Below, one piece after another: positions 55,613 through 64,000 of a DNA stretch of 64,000 nucleotides. Both the position numbers and the translations under genes were made by a program. The notes under the pieces are model-generated. The model worked only from the letters and a program-made list of their open reading frames with translations, did no database searches and was not told the origin of the DNA. Origin of the DNA: Candidatus Berkelbacteria bacterium (GTDB lineage Bacteria > Patescibacteriota > UBA1384 > XYA2-FULL-43-10 > CAINNR01); NCBI GenBank assembly GCA_037142675.1, contig JBAXAF010000003.1, forward strand, positions 3,717-67,716, read 5' to 3'. The first letter of the stretch is position 1, and each line of letters starts with the position of its first letter.

Positions 55613-57868
55613 TTAATTTCTTAACTTAGCCAAAAAACTTGACTCAATATTTTTGACAATCTTCTTGATAACTTCTTCAGCCTCCTGGTCGTTTAATGTT
55701 CTGTCTTTGGACTGAAGTGATATGTGATAAGCAATATTTTTTTTGCCCACACCGAATTTATCTGACGCAAATTCGTCGAACAATTCAACTCGATTAATCA
55801 TTTCGGAGATCGTATAAATTGTCTCCGATACTTTAGCTGCATCAATTTTTTTGTCAACAATAAAGGCAAGGTCGCGAGTTACTGCCGGATATTTTGAAAC
55901 TCCGCGGTAAACGACAGCATTTTTGTTAATTTTTAATGCTAGGCCTTGATCGATCTTGGCCCCAGCTGAAATTTTAGATAAATTAATCTCGGAAATCCAA
56001 ACTACAGGTTTCTTGATTTTATATTGATGTAAATCATCACGCAAGAACTCAGACATTTTAACCGATTCCTTACCGCCGAGTTCAGCAATAATTCTATCGA
56101 CTGCTTTCAAGTGGTCATCTGATGTTTTGCCGGCAGTAGCAACAGCAATGTTGGTTGATTCAGCCGTTTTAGAGAAAACATGTCCGACTTCAAAAATTTG
56201 CACAGGATCAAATGATGGGTTCTTTGCAATATTTTTCAAAAGTCCAGGGATTAATGAATTTCGAAGATATTTATTTTCGCTCTGCATCGGGTTTGCCACT
56301 TCAAGTAAATTCTCTGGCTTCAATCTGGCAGCAATAACGTCTGCGTCTGATAAAAATGGATAGTTCATTGTTTCACTGTATCCGGCTGATACCAGCGAGT
56401 CTTTAATATTCTCAACAAAATAATAGAATGTTTTTTCGGCCGAATTAGTTTTTGTCAGTGCGAGTGGCTTGATTTTGTCGTAGCCAACTATCCTGCCAAC
56501 CTCTTCAGCTAAGTCTTGCCAGATAGAGACATCGTGTCGCCAGAGTGGTACGGTTACCGCGTTGCCGTTGACAACAAAGCCCAGGTGCCGCAATATATGA
56601 TTTATTTGTTCGGAATCAATTTCTTCGCCCAAAAGTCTACAGATTTTTTCATGTTCAATTTGTAGTTCAATTTTGCTTGGTTTTTCCCCTGATTGAACTA
56701 TTCCTTGTAGAACTTTTCCGCCAGCCGTTTGGACAATTAAATCCGCCGCTTTGTTTATAGCGTATTCAATTGCGCCAGAATCAACTCCCCTTTCAAAGCG
56801 ATAACTGGCTTCGGTTGAAAGATTTAATGATTTGGCAGTGCTGCGAATAGATTTGCGATCGAACTGGGCAGCTTCCATAACAATTATTTCCGTTGACTCA
56901 TCAACCTCAGAATTTTTCCCACCCATAATTCCAGCAACTGCCAAGGATTTTTCGCTATCAGCAATTACCAGCATGTCAGGATTGAGTCTTCGCAGTTCTC
57001 CGTCCAAAGTGACAATATCTTCGTTCTTTTTTGCTCTGCGAATAATAATTTTTGAGTCTTTAATTTTTTTCCAGTCAAAAGCGTGCATAGGGTGCCCTAA
57101 GTCAAGCAAAATATAATTTGTGACATCAACTACGTTGTTAATTGGTTTTGCACCACAAGCGATTAGTCTGTCTTGCATCCATTTTGGTGACGGACCAATT
57201 TTTACGCCGGTAATTACGCGTGATAAATATTGGAGACAAAGATCAGGGCTGGTAATTTCTACCGATATTTTGGTTGAGGAATGTGCGGTTTCTGTTTTAG
57301 ACAACGCAATCGGTTCCCTTTTGGTGCTTATATTTTCGAAAGCGGCAATTTCGCGTGCAACACCAAGATGAGAAAGGCAATCGCCTCTATTGGCGGTGAT
57401 ATCTAATTCAATCACTGTGTCTGAACCAAGATATCCGGAAAGAGATTTACCAATTTCATAATCCTCTGGCAATATATATATTCCGGTATGATCGTTGCCA
57501 AGCCCAAGTTCATCTTGCGCACAAAGCATGCCAAATGATTCTTCGCCACGAATTTTTGTTGCCTTAATTTCCCCACCAGGCAGTTTGCTACCAACCAAGG
57601 CCAACGGAACTTTCTGCCCAACTTCTATATTGGGTGCGCCGCAAACTATCTGTAATTGTTCTGATCCGCTATCGACAATGGCAATTTTGAGCTTATCGGC
57701 GTTGGAATGCTTTTTAATTTCCTTAATTTCGGCCACAACAATCAGAGGGTCAATTCCGGAGACAATTTCCTCAACCTCAAGGCCAGCAGACGTTAAAATA
57801 TCTACCAGTTTTTCGTCTGATATTTCGCAATTTATGTAATCTTTTAACCAACTTTTTAGTACCTTCAT
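55613..57868 (-). CDS. pheT: Phenylalanyl-tRNA synthetase beta subunit.
   Basis: N-terminal tRNA-binding domain (MKVLKSWLKDYI), plus B3/4, B5 and the C-terminal FDX-ACB-like region. 751 aa. Confidence 0.88.
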   Translation of the reverse strand: MKVLKSWLKDYINCEISDEKLVDILTSAGLEVEEIVSGIDPLIVVAEIKEIKKHSNADKLKIAIVDSGSEQLQIVCGAPNIEVGQKVPLALVGSKLPGGEIKATKIRGEESFGMLCAQDELGLGNDHTGIYILPEDYEIGKSLSGYLGSDTVIELDITANRGDCLSHLGVAREIAAFENISTKREPIALSKTETAHSSTKISVEITSPDLCLQYLSRVITGVKIGPSPKWMQDRLIACGAKPINNVVDVTNYILLDLGHPMHAFDWKKIKDSKIIIRRAKKNEDIVTLDGELRRLNPDMLVIADSEKSLAVAGIMGGKNSEVDESTEIIVMEAAQFDRKSIRSTAKSLNLSTEASYRFERGVDSGAIEYAINKAADLIVQTAGGKVLQGIVQSGEKPSKIELQIEHEKICRLLGEEIDSEQINHILRHLGFVVNGNAVTVPLWRHDVSIWQDLAEEVGRIVGYDKIKPLALTKTNSAEKTFYYFVENIKDSLVSAGYSETMNYPFLSDADVIAARLKPENLLEVANPMQSENKYLRNSLIPGLLKNIAKNPSFDPVQIFEVGHVFSKTAESTNIAVATAGKTSDDHLKAVDRIIAELGGKESVKMSEFLRDDLHQYKIKKPVVWISEINLSKISAGAKIDQGLALKINKNAVVYRGVSKYPAVTRDLAFIVDKKIDAAKVSETIYTISEMINRVELFDEFASDKFGVGKKNIAYHISLQSKDRTLNDQEAEEVIKKIVKNIESSFLAKLRN

Positions 57869-57900
57869 TTTTTTGTTATATTTATGATTTTTCTGCGCCT

Positions 57901-57923
57901 ATCTGTGTATAAAATCCGTGTAG
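57901..57923. promoter_or_regulatory. atctgtgtataaaatccgtgtag: the same element in the pheT 5' spacer.
   Basis: Seen directly between the pheS stop and the pheT start. Confidence 0.4.
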
Positions 57924-58601
57924 TTAGAATTGTTTAAGAAATCTTAAATCTCCAGAGCGTAGCAATCGGATATCCTCGATGCCATATTTCAACATGACCA
58001 ACCTATCTACTCCCATGCCAAAGGCAAAACCGGAATATTTTTCTGGATCCAGACCCATGTTTTTAATAACTTTTGGATGAACCATGCCCGCGCCCAAAAG
58101 CTCTAGCCACTTACCATTGTATTTGGCTGAAACTTCGAATCCAGGTTCTACGAAAGGGAAAAAACTTGGGGTAAATTTGACTTCAGTGTCTTCGCCATAG
58201 ATTTTTTTGAAGAAGTGTTCCAAAGTGTAGAACAAATTACTAACCTTAACATCTTTGTCGACATATAAGCCTTCAAGCTGGAAGATTGCCGCCTCGTGCT
58301 TAAAATCTGTTGCCTCGTTGCGATAGACTTGTCCGGGAGAAAGAATTCTAAATGGTGGTTTGTGATCTTTGCCAAAGTGAATTTGGCCATTGGAAGTTTG
58401 AGTTCGAAGAACTCGACCATCTGATAGCCAAAAAGTGTCTTGCATATCACGAGCAGGATGGTCTGATGGCATATTTAGAGCATCGAAGTTATACCACTCA
58501 GAGTCTACCTCTGGACCATCAAATACTTCAAAACCCAAACCTTCAAATATTTTGATGGTTTGACGCAAGAGTTGAGTGATTGGATGTAAATTACCCTTCA
58601 T
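57924..58601 (-). CDS. pheS: Phenylalanyl-tRNA synthetase alpha subunit, N-terminally truncated (catalytic core only, 225 aa).
   Basis: Class II motifs FRILSPGQVYRNEATDFKHEAAIFQLEG, FPFVEPGFEV, GAGMVHP, GFAFGMGVDRL. No room for the usual N-terminal coiled-coil, because the start overlaps the stop of the upstream membrane-protein gene. Confidence 0.85.
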   Translation of the reverse strand: MKGNLHPITQLLRQTIKIFEGLGFEVFDGPEVDSEWYNFDALNMPSDHPARDMQDTFWLSDGRVLRTQTSNGQIHFGKDHKPPFRILSPGQVYRNEATDFKHEAAIFQLEGLYVDKDVKVSNLFYTLEHFFKKIYGEDTEVKFTPSFFPFVEPGFEVSAKYNGKWLELLGAGMVHPKVIKNMGLDPEKYSGFAFGMGVDRLVMLKYGIEDIRLLRSGDLRFLKQF

Positions 58602-58990
58602 TTTGCTGATTTTTTAAATTTATTACCGCGGAAAAATAATTCAAGCATAATAATTGCAATTGTTAAGGGTGCGCCTACCCACAGATCTAATATTTTCAGG
58701 CCAGCTAAAATCAACAGTACGGTTGCCGCCAGTGAGATAATGGCCGAGATACGGAGTGTTGACCAAAATACATCCGACATTATTTTTTCTGATAGCCTTG
58801 ACCTGACAAAAAGCAGCGTAACAGTGATGAGTCCGGTAAAAGTAGCCCAAAATGAGACGTAGAGTAAGATAAAGACGGAAATGTCGGCTTTATACGGGCT
58901 ATAGTTGGTTAGAGTCAAAATTAAAGCCGCTAACGCAAAAACGCTAACTGACACGAGAAAGAACAGTTTGGCTTTCAAATTTGTCGTCAC
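58598..58990 (-). CDS. Hypothetical integral membrane protein (4 predicted TM helices).
   Basis: 130 aa, strongly hydrophobic segments. ATGA overlap with pheS. Confidence 0.5.
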   Translation of the reverse strand: MTTNLKAKLFFLVSVSVFALAALILTLTNYSPYKADISVFILLYVSFWATFTGLITVTLLFVRSRLSEKIMSDVFWSTLRISAIISLAATVLLILAGLKILDLWVGAPLTIAIIMLELFFRGNKFKKSAK

Positions 58991-59071
58991 AACTACATTT
59001 TAGCACAAACCAGCACTATTGTGAACAAAAATTGACATAATCAGTGTGCAGATATATTTTAGGTATGCAGG

Positions 59072-59512
59072 TTGTTTTTTTTGGAGGTGATCACCACGTC
59101 ACAAACAGCGAATGTGTATCTCAATTATGCGGACAGGCGTTGGTGGCGCGGTAAGAAACCACAATTGATAATCGTGCCAGAATACCATCGAGATGACCAG
59201 TACTGGGTAGTTCAGCAGTTGTGTAAGCGGCTGGGTAAGTCCTACAACCAGACGTTGGTTGGAAAATTCACTATAGTGTTCGAGGAGCGAAAACCCGCAG
59301 ACTTCAACCCCAGGAAGTTGGTCGCTTCCGGCACTGGGCTTCCTAGCGCTGTGTGCTGCATCTGTTCGTCAGCAATAGTGGATATTAACAAAAGTTGTCC
59401 GTCGTGTGGTAACGATCCAGCTACTGGAGCGGCACCTGCCTTTGCCATGACATCCGAAAGTCACAGATCGCTGCAAGAGGAAGAAAAGTCTCAAATCTTC
59501 GATGGCGATTAG
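59072..59512 (+). CDS. Hypothetical protein in a locally GC-rich segment. The start is uncertain (TTG at 59072 or GTG at 59087).
   Basis: ORF with no recognisable motif apart from a CCIC...CPSC cysteine cluster. GC is visibly higher than the flanks. Confidence 0.35.
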   Translation: MFFLEVITTSQTANVYLNYADRRWWRGKKPQLIIVPEYHRDDQYWVVQQLCKRLGKSYNQTLVGKFTIVFEERKPADFNPRKLVASGTGLPSAVCCICSSAIVDINKSCPSCGNDPATGAAPAFAMTSESHRSLQEEEKSQIFDGD

Positions 59513-59542
59513 TTGTCGCATACCCATCAAAGCGCCTGCCGA

Positions 59543-59872
59543 TCAGCCGGCGCTATTTTTTTCTATTAGTTCTTCAATATGCTCTATTTCAGATTGCATT
59601 TGGTCTTTTGCGATCTCAATTTTTGGAATTTTGTGAATGAATAGTCTGTCGGCCAAAAGCTTTCTATATTCACCGGTTTTTTTCTTCAGTGCGTCGTAAA
59701 CAGACTGATGACCGGATGTCACAGAGACGAATATTTTTGTATTGGATAAATCTGGTGCGGTATGGATGAAATTTATGGTAATAAATTCACCAGGAAAATC
59801 AAAAACAAAAGCCATGGAAAGCTCTTGTTTTATGAGTTCATTAACTTTTTCAATACGTTGCGACATATTCAA
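59543..59872 (-). CDS. rbfA: Ribosome-binding factor A.
   Basis: 109 aa with the KH-like RbfA pattern (RIEKVNELIKQELSMAF...ITINFIHTAPDLSNTKIFVS). Confidence 0.7.
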   Translation of the reverse strand: MNMSQRIEKVNELIKQELSMAFVFDFPGEFITINFIHTAPDLSNTKIFVSVTSGHQSVYDALKKKTGEYRKLLADRLFIHKIPKIEIAKDQMQSEIEHIEELIEKNSAG

Positions 59873-60010
59873 TAATAAATTCTAAGCGCTAAATCCTAAA
59901 CTCTAAGCAATTTTCAAAATCCAAAATACAAATGTTTTAAATATTTGAGAATTTGGAATTAGTATTTGTTTAGAGTTTAGATATTAGAATTTAGAGTTTG
60001 ATTTTTCGTG

Positions 60011-60388
60011 TTATCGTTTTGACCACTGAGGTGCGCGGCGGGCTTTTTTCAAACCAGGTTTTTTTCGCTCGACTTCTCTTTGGTCACGTGTCAAAAAGCC
60101 AGCTTTTTTCAAAGTTGGTCGAAATTCAGAATTGAGCTCAATTAAAGCGCGAGAAATCCCATGACGAATAGCGCCTTCCTGACCGTTTTTACCACCACCG
60201 TTAACTTTAACTGATACATCACACGAATCAAACTTGCCGACTAATTTTAGTGGCTCGACTACATTTTCGGAAAGGATAATTTCTTTATCGTTGACTACTG
60301 CTTTACCACTACCAGCAAAAATTCGAACTCGCGCAGTTGCAGTTTTTCTTCGTCCTGTTCCGTAATAATATTGTGAGTTATCAGCCAT
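60011..60388 (-). CDS. rpsI: 30S ribosomal protein uS9.
   Basis: [14 protein letters not shown]...[19 protein letters not shown]...[27 protein letters not shown]. Confidence 0.92.
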   Translation of the reverse strand: MADNSQYYYGTGRRKTATARVRIFAGSGKAVVNDKEIILSENVVEPLKLVGKFDSCDVSVKVNGGGKNGQEGAIRHGISRALIELNSEFRPTLKKAGFLTRDQREVERKKPGLKKARRAPQWSKR

Positions 60389-60783
60389 TATTTTACCTCT
60401 TCTAGCTTAACTTTTGGATATGAGTGTTCGCTGCCTTTATAAATTTTAAGATGCTTAAGTAGCTCTGATTCCAAGCGATTATGGGGAATCATTCCTCTAA
60501 CAGCTTTTTTGATGATCTCAGTTGAGTCAGATTTTTTCAAATCAGCAAAATCGGTTTCTTTAATGCCTCCAGGATATCCTGAGTGACGATAATATTTTTT
60601 TGAAAGTTCTTTAGTTCCAGTTAGAAATAGTTTGTCACTGTTTACAATGAGAACAATATGGCTGGCAACGATGTTCGGAGCGTAGTTTGGATCATTTTTG
60701 CCCATCAACAAAACTGCAGCTTGGGTGGCAATTCTTCCAAGCGGCGCGGTGCTGGCATCAATTAGGTAATACTTCATGTCCAT
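60388..60783 (-). CDS. rplM: 50S ribosomal protein uL13.
   Basis: [26 protein letters not shown]...[10 protein letters not shown] are typical L13 motifs. Confidence 0.9.
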   Translation of the reverse strand: MDMKYYLIDASTAPLGRIATQAAVLLMGKNDPNYAPNIVASHIVLIVNSDKLFLTGTKELSKKYYRHSGYPGGIKETDFADLKKSDSTEIIKKAVRGMIPHNRLESELLKHLKIYKGSEHSYPKVKLEEVK

Positions 60784-61310
60784 TATTTTTCTCCAGTTTT
60801 TCTAGTTGCTTTTGATCTGACCGAGGTAATTACCCCGCCTTTTTGTGAAGTTGATGTTAGCTTTTCCAATTTCTTTTCGTTCTTGCGGATTTTCTTCTCA
60901 TCAACCATATCTTCGCCGTCTTTGACGTCAGCTGTTTTGTCAACGACTTTCTTTGGCGCAGCAAAAACCTTGCGGTCAACCAACTCAAGTCTCATCATCT
61001 TTGAATTGTCGCCTAGACGATTCCCAATGTGGTATGAGCGAACAAAACCTGATGTTCTATCGGCATATCTTTTAGAAAGCTCAACATAAACCTTTTTGGC
61101 GGCATTTTTATCATAAAAATAAGCCAATAAGCGACGATAAGCGTTTAAATCACCAGCTTTAGATATAGTAATTAGGTGATCTACGTATGATTTAACATCT
61201 TTGGCCTTAGCCTCGGTGGTTTCAATTTTTTCATATAAAACAAGAGAAGCAGCTAGATTGCGCATCAATGATTTTCTGTGTCCAATTTTTCGTCCTAGTT
61301 TTCGTGGCAT
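60783..61310 (-). CDS. rplQ: 50S ribosomal protein bL17 with a Lys-rich C-terminal extension.
   Basis: MPRKLGRKIGHRKSLMRNLAASL...ETTEAKAK is the L17 N-terminal signature. Confidence 0.9.
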   Translation of the reverse strand: MPRKLGRKIGHRKSLMRNLAASLVLYEKIETTEAKAKDVKSYVDHLITISKAGDLNAYRRLLAYFYDKNAAKKVYVELSKRYADRTSGFVRSYHIGNRLGDNSKMMRLELVDRKVFAAPKKVVDKTADVKDGEDMVDEKKIRKNEKKLEKLTSTSQKGGVITSVRSKATRKTGEK

Positions 61311-61312
61311 AA

Positions 61313-62293
61313 TTAGTTGGCTAGTAATTCTTTAACTTCGTCGAAACCCTTTTTGCCCAATCCCTTAACTTCGGAAAGCTTAAGGTCTGAGAGTCGTTTT
61401 AATCCAGCTACTGTTTTAATTCCGGAGTTAACTAGAGCATTAACAGTTCTTGCAGAAAGATTTAAGTCAGCAACCTTAGTTTTCGGATCTGTATCGGCCA
61501 ATGATGTAAGGCCACCAACAGCTTCTGATCCAACGACTTCTTCGTCTTCAGCAATTTCTTCTTCGCTGGTATAAGGTTTGCCTTCAGCAATGTAATTGAA
61601 ATGTTGAACAAGGATTTTTCCAGCTTGAGTTAAGGCGTCACGTGGTGAAATTGCGCCGTTGGTAGTAATTTCGAGCTCGATTTTATCAAAGTTGGTCATT
61701 TGTCCGACCCTTGTGCTTTCGGTTTTGAAATTAATCAATTTCACAGGAGAGAAAACACTATCAATGGAAATCCTGCCAATATCGCTTTTTTCAACGTCTT
61801 TTTCTTCGGTTGGACGAAAACCACGACCGGTTTCAAGAACAACTTCCATATCGAAGACAGCACTTTTATCTAGGGTAGCAATATATTGGTCTGGGTTTAG
61901 AATCTCAACGTCTGAGGTCAACTTGAAGTCATTTGCAGTTATTACTTTTGGCCCTTTGGCAGTCAAACTAACAGTAACTGGCTCGTCAGAGTATGATTTA
62001 AAGTTAATTTTTCGTAGGTTCATGATGATTTCGATCATATCTTCTTTAACATGAGTAATTGCGGAGAATTCATGAGCAACACCATCAATTTTAATTGAAG
62101 AGATTGCAGTTCCCGGCAAAGAAGAAAGCAGGACTCTGCGCAAAGCATTTCCCATTGTGGCGCCGTAACCAGGTAAAAGCGGCTCTATTGTAAAAACAGA
62201 TTTAGTTTCGTCGACAACCAGCTCTTTAATTCTTGGAATTTCGTTTTCAGGAATCATAGTCTCTCCTTTTTTATTACCTAGAGTAATATTCAA
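61313..62293 (-). CDS. rpoA: DNA-directed RNA polymerase subunit alpha.
   Basis: LLPGYGATMGNALRRVLLSSLPGTAI N-terminal domain, plus the C-terminal alpha-CTD helix-hairpin-helix. Confidence 0.92.
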   Translation of the reverse strand: MNITLGNKKGETMIPENEIPRIKELVVDETKSVFTIEPLLPGYGATMGNALRRVLLSSLPGTAISSIKIDGVAHEFSAITHVKEDMIEIIMNLRKINFKSYSDEPVTVSLTAKGPKVITANDFKLTSDVEILNPDQYIATLDKSAVFDMEVVLETGRGFRPTEEKDVEKSDIGRISIDSVFSPVKLINFKTESTRVGQMTNFDKIELEITTNGAISPRDALTQAGKILVQHFNYIAEGKPYTSEEEIAEDEEVVGSEAVGGLTSLADTDPKTKVADLNLSARTVNALVNSGIKTVAGLKRLSDLKLSEVKGLGKKGFDEVKELLAN

Positions 62294-62867
62294 TGACTAA
62301 ATTAATATCAAACGGAAGCTCAATTTCATCTTTGTTTGGCAAATTTTTTAACTTGATAATGCCAGATTTGCCATCAAAAGCGATCCATGATGGCAGATTG
62401 ACTTTATCATCAAACACAACAGTCTTTTTATCATTAACGGAAATTTCGCTTTTTGAATTGATAATGTGGGAAGGAATGTTAACAATGCGATCATTAACCT
62501 TAAAAAAGCGGTGAGAAACCATTTGGCGGGCAGTAGACTTTGAAGGGGCAACTCCCATTCGATAGATTATTGAATCGAGGCGGCTTTCAAGCAGTTGAAT
62601 TAGGTTTTCGCTGGTGTCCCCTGGTTTGCTGGAAGCTTTGGCGTAATAATTTTTAAGTTGAGTTTCGTTTATGCCATATATTTTTCTGACTTTTTGCTTT
62701 TCTCGAAGCTGCTTACCGTATTCAGAAAGTTTGGTATAAGAGGATGGGCCATGCTGTCCTGGAGGAAAAGGACGAGTGGCGACTGCGCATTTAGGCGAAA
62801 AACACCTTTCACCTTTTAGGAAAAGTTTCACTGTTTCTCTTCGACATTTTCTGCAACCATGGTTCAT
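62274..62867 (-). CDS. rpsD: 30S ribosomal protein uS4 (zinc-ribbon form).
   Basis: CRKCRRE...CFSPKC N-terminus, then the S4 domain. Confidence 0.9.
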   Translation of the reverse strand: MNHGCRKCRRETVKLFLKGERCFSPKCAVATRPFPPGQHGPSSYTKLSEYGKQLREKQKVRKIYGINETQLKNYYAKASSKPGDTSENLIQLLESRLDSIIYRMGVAPSKSTARQMVSHRFFKVNDRIVNIPSHIINSKSEISVNDKKTVVFDDKVNLPSWIAFDGKSGIIKLKNLPNKDEIELPFDINLVIEYYSR

Positions 62868-62892
62868 AATATGTTTTTCTTTCTTGTAATTT

Positions 62893-62927
62893 ATCTGTGG
62901 TCAATATCCGTGCGATAAATCTGTGTA
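62893..62927. promoter_or_regulatory. atctgtggtcaatatccgtgcgataaatctgtgtaa: three copies of the ATC(C/T)GTG element in the rpsD 5' spacer.
   Basis: Seen directly between the rpsK stop and the rpsD start. Confidence 0.4.
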
Positions 62928-62928
62928 A

Positions 62929-63324
62929 TTAGACTCTTCTGACTTTTTTACGGCGACAACCGTTGTGAGCCATAGGCGTTACATCTTGTATTTTATCGAC
63001 TTCTATACTCGCAGAATGAAACGCTCGAATTGCGCTATCGCGGCCTGATCCGACGCCAGAAATAAAGATATCGGCTTTGCGCAGTCCTCGAAGTTTAGCT
63101 TTTTCAATTGCGGCCGAAGCGGCCAAAGAAGCGGCGTAAGGTGTGGATTTTTTTGCTCCCTTGAAGCCAATTGATCCGGCGGACGCCCAGGCGATTACTC
63201 CGCCCTTTTCGTCTGTAACCGTAACAATAGTGTTATTGAATGAAGACTGTATGTAAACACTGCCAGACGCTACTGGTAGTAATACTTTTTTCTTTTTAAC
63301 TGTTTTTGATGTTTTGGTTGCCAT
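62929..63324 (-). CDS. rpsK: 30S ribosomal protein uS11.
   Basis: GVIAWASAGSIGFKGAKKSTPYAA...ISGVGSGRDSAIRA. Confidence 0.92.
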   Translation of the reverse strand: MATKTSKTVKKKKVLLPVASGSVYIQSSFNNTIVTVTDEKGGVIAWASAGSIGFKGAKKSTPYAASLAASAAIEKAKLRGLRKADIFISGVGSGRDSAIRAFHSASIEVDKIQDVTPMAHNGCRRKKVRRV

Positions 63325-63370
63325 AATTCCTTAAGCTAATAGCTATTAGCTGACAGCTGCCAGCTTATTT

Positions 63371-63757
63371 TTAAGTTTTTTCTGCGGCTTTTTTGCGACC
63401 TGATCCAACGGTCATTTTTTTACCGCGCTTGGTTCTAGCGTTGGTTTGTGTTTGTTGGCCACGAACTGGCAAACCTCTGGTGTGTCTATAACCGCGATAT
63501 GTTCCGATTTCTTTAAGACGTTTGATGTTTTGGCTAACTTCTGTCCGCAAGTCACCTTCAATTTTGTAATCTTTGTTTAGGATTTGGCGGATTCTTTCAA
63601 GTTCGTCGCTCCCAAGTTTATTGGCCCGAATATTTGGATCTATTTTCGCTGCTGCAAGGATTTTCTTACTTGAAGTTAAACCAATACCAAAAATATATGT
63701 TAGTGAGACTTCTATTCTTTTATCGTTTGGAATTTCATTTCCAGCGAGTCGGACCAT
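63371..63757 (-). CDS. rpsM: 30S ribosomal protein uS13.
   Basis: [26 protein letters not shown]...[24 protein letters not shown]. Confidence 0.92.
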   Translation of the reverse strand: MVRLAGNEIPNDKRIEVSLTYIFGIGLTSSKKILAAAKIDPNIRANKLGSDELERIRQILNKDYKIEGDLRTEVSQNIKRLKEIGTYRGYRHTRGLPVRGQQTQTNARTKRGKKMTVGSGRKKAAEKT

Positions 63758-63760
63758 AAA

Positions 63761-63907
63761 TTATCCTTGTCTTTGCTTATGTTTTGGATTGGAGCAAATG
63801 CAAAACAGTGTTCGGTGCAGTGTGGCGGAAGTCGAACTGTTTTTCTTTTTTCTGGTAACAATTTTGCATTTGCTACAGATCTTTTTTACTGATGCTTGAA
63901 CTTTCAT
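63761..63907 (-). CDS. rpmJ: 50S ribosomal protein bL36, with a roughly 10-aa insertion between the two Cys pairs. The ORF is open further upstream, but [11 protein letters not shown] is the canonical start.
   Basis: [17 protein letters not shown]...[14 protein letters not shown] matches the L36 N- and C-terminal consensus. Confidence 0.75.
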   Translation of the reverse strand: MKVQASVKKICSKCKIVTRKKKNSSTSATLHRTLFCICSNPKHKQRQG

Positions 63908-64000
63908 ATATGCACTGTTTTTTAGACTGGTCAAAGACTGACAAATAAACATACCTTTGTAGATTCGCCAAGGTTTTTGCGACGCGAAAACTAAAAGGCG

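Noticed and set aside
59880-60010. CRISPR-like or tandem repeats (tagagttt/ttagaatt) between rbfA and rpsI.
   Set aside because: These are very short (8-nt) irregular AT-rich repeats in a promoter spacer. There is no repeat-spacer periodicity and no cas genes.
63953-64000. Possible gene fragment at the right window edge (frame open through the bL36 upstream region).
   Set aside because: It is too short to assign, and the translation does not match IF-1 or other expected neighbours.

Overview
This is a low-GC, gene-dense bacterial window with short intergenic spacers and minimalist housekeeping proteins (truncated PheS, GAD-less AspRS, short AckA). Together with the sortases, this suggests a small-genome, fermentative organism, possibly CPR/Patescibacteria-like; that placement is inference only. 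Standard genetic code: TAA, TAG and TGA all terminate conserved proteins where expected.

Gene content, in order:
- 1-3648: two tandem paralogous membrane-anchored surface proteins; the complete 1125-aa copy carries a HEXXH zincin motif.
- 3.7-21.3 kb, mostly minus strand: RumA-like m5U methyltransferase, SpoU/TrmH methyltransferase, HisRS, Rel/SpoT, ClpC, NusA, an envelope glycosyltransferase cluster (GT26 plus two GT4), NUDIX, MreB, MurA, a PEGA-domain membrane protein, a sortase, tRNA-Leu(CAA) and TsaC.
- 21.5-29.5 kb, plus-strand operon: two tandem gpmI paralogs, pduL, ackA, the korA/korB/gamma-delta 2-oxoacid:ferredoxin oxidoreductase and a NUDIX gene. This is an acetate/ATP fermentation module.
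- 29.9-44.0 kb: a roughly 14-kb integrated element at tRNA-Ala(GGC). A large serine recombinase overlaps the tRNA 3' half, and an att-like 17/18-nt repeat of the tRNA 3' end sits at 43948-43964. Cargo includes a tightly coupled three-gene cluster: a 1399-aa DUF4011-like/DNA2-like SF1 helicase with a C-terminal DUF559/Vsr-like endonuclease, a Cas4/RecB-like PD-(D/E)xK nuclease with a PolB-like 3'-5' exonuclease (RNase H-like) domain, and a zinc-ribbon protein. This is a candidate new anti-phage defence module. Downstream are xseAB, a membrane-anchored restriction-endonuclease-like protein and small membrane proteins.
- 44.2-47.3 kb: a second sortase next to an NHL-repeat/LamG surface protein ending in LPETG. 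That gene is split by a single in-frame TAA.
- 47.5-51.8 kb: LeuRS with an intact NUDIX domain inserted at the editing-domain junction, then bL32, NusB and RNase III.
- 51.7-64.0 kb, minus strand: UDG-like glycosylase, D-Ala-D-Ala carboxypeptidase, pseudouridine synthase, AspRS, PheT, N-terminally truncated PheS, a membrane protein, a GC-rich orphan ORF, RbfA, and ribosomal/rpoA genes (S9, L13, L17, RpoA, S4, S11, S13, L36).

A short CACGGAT/CACAGAT-type motif recurs in the 5' spacers of nusA, aspS, pheT and rpsD.
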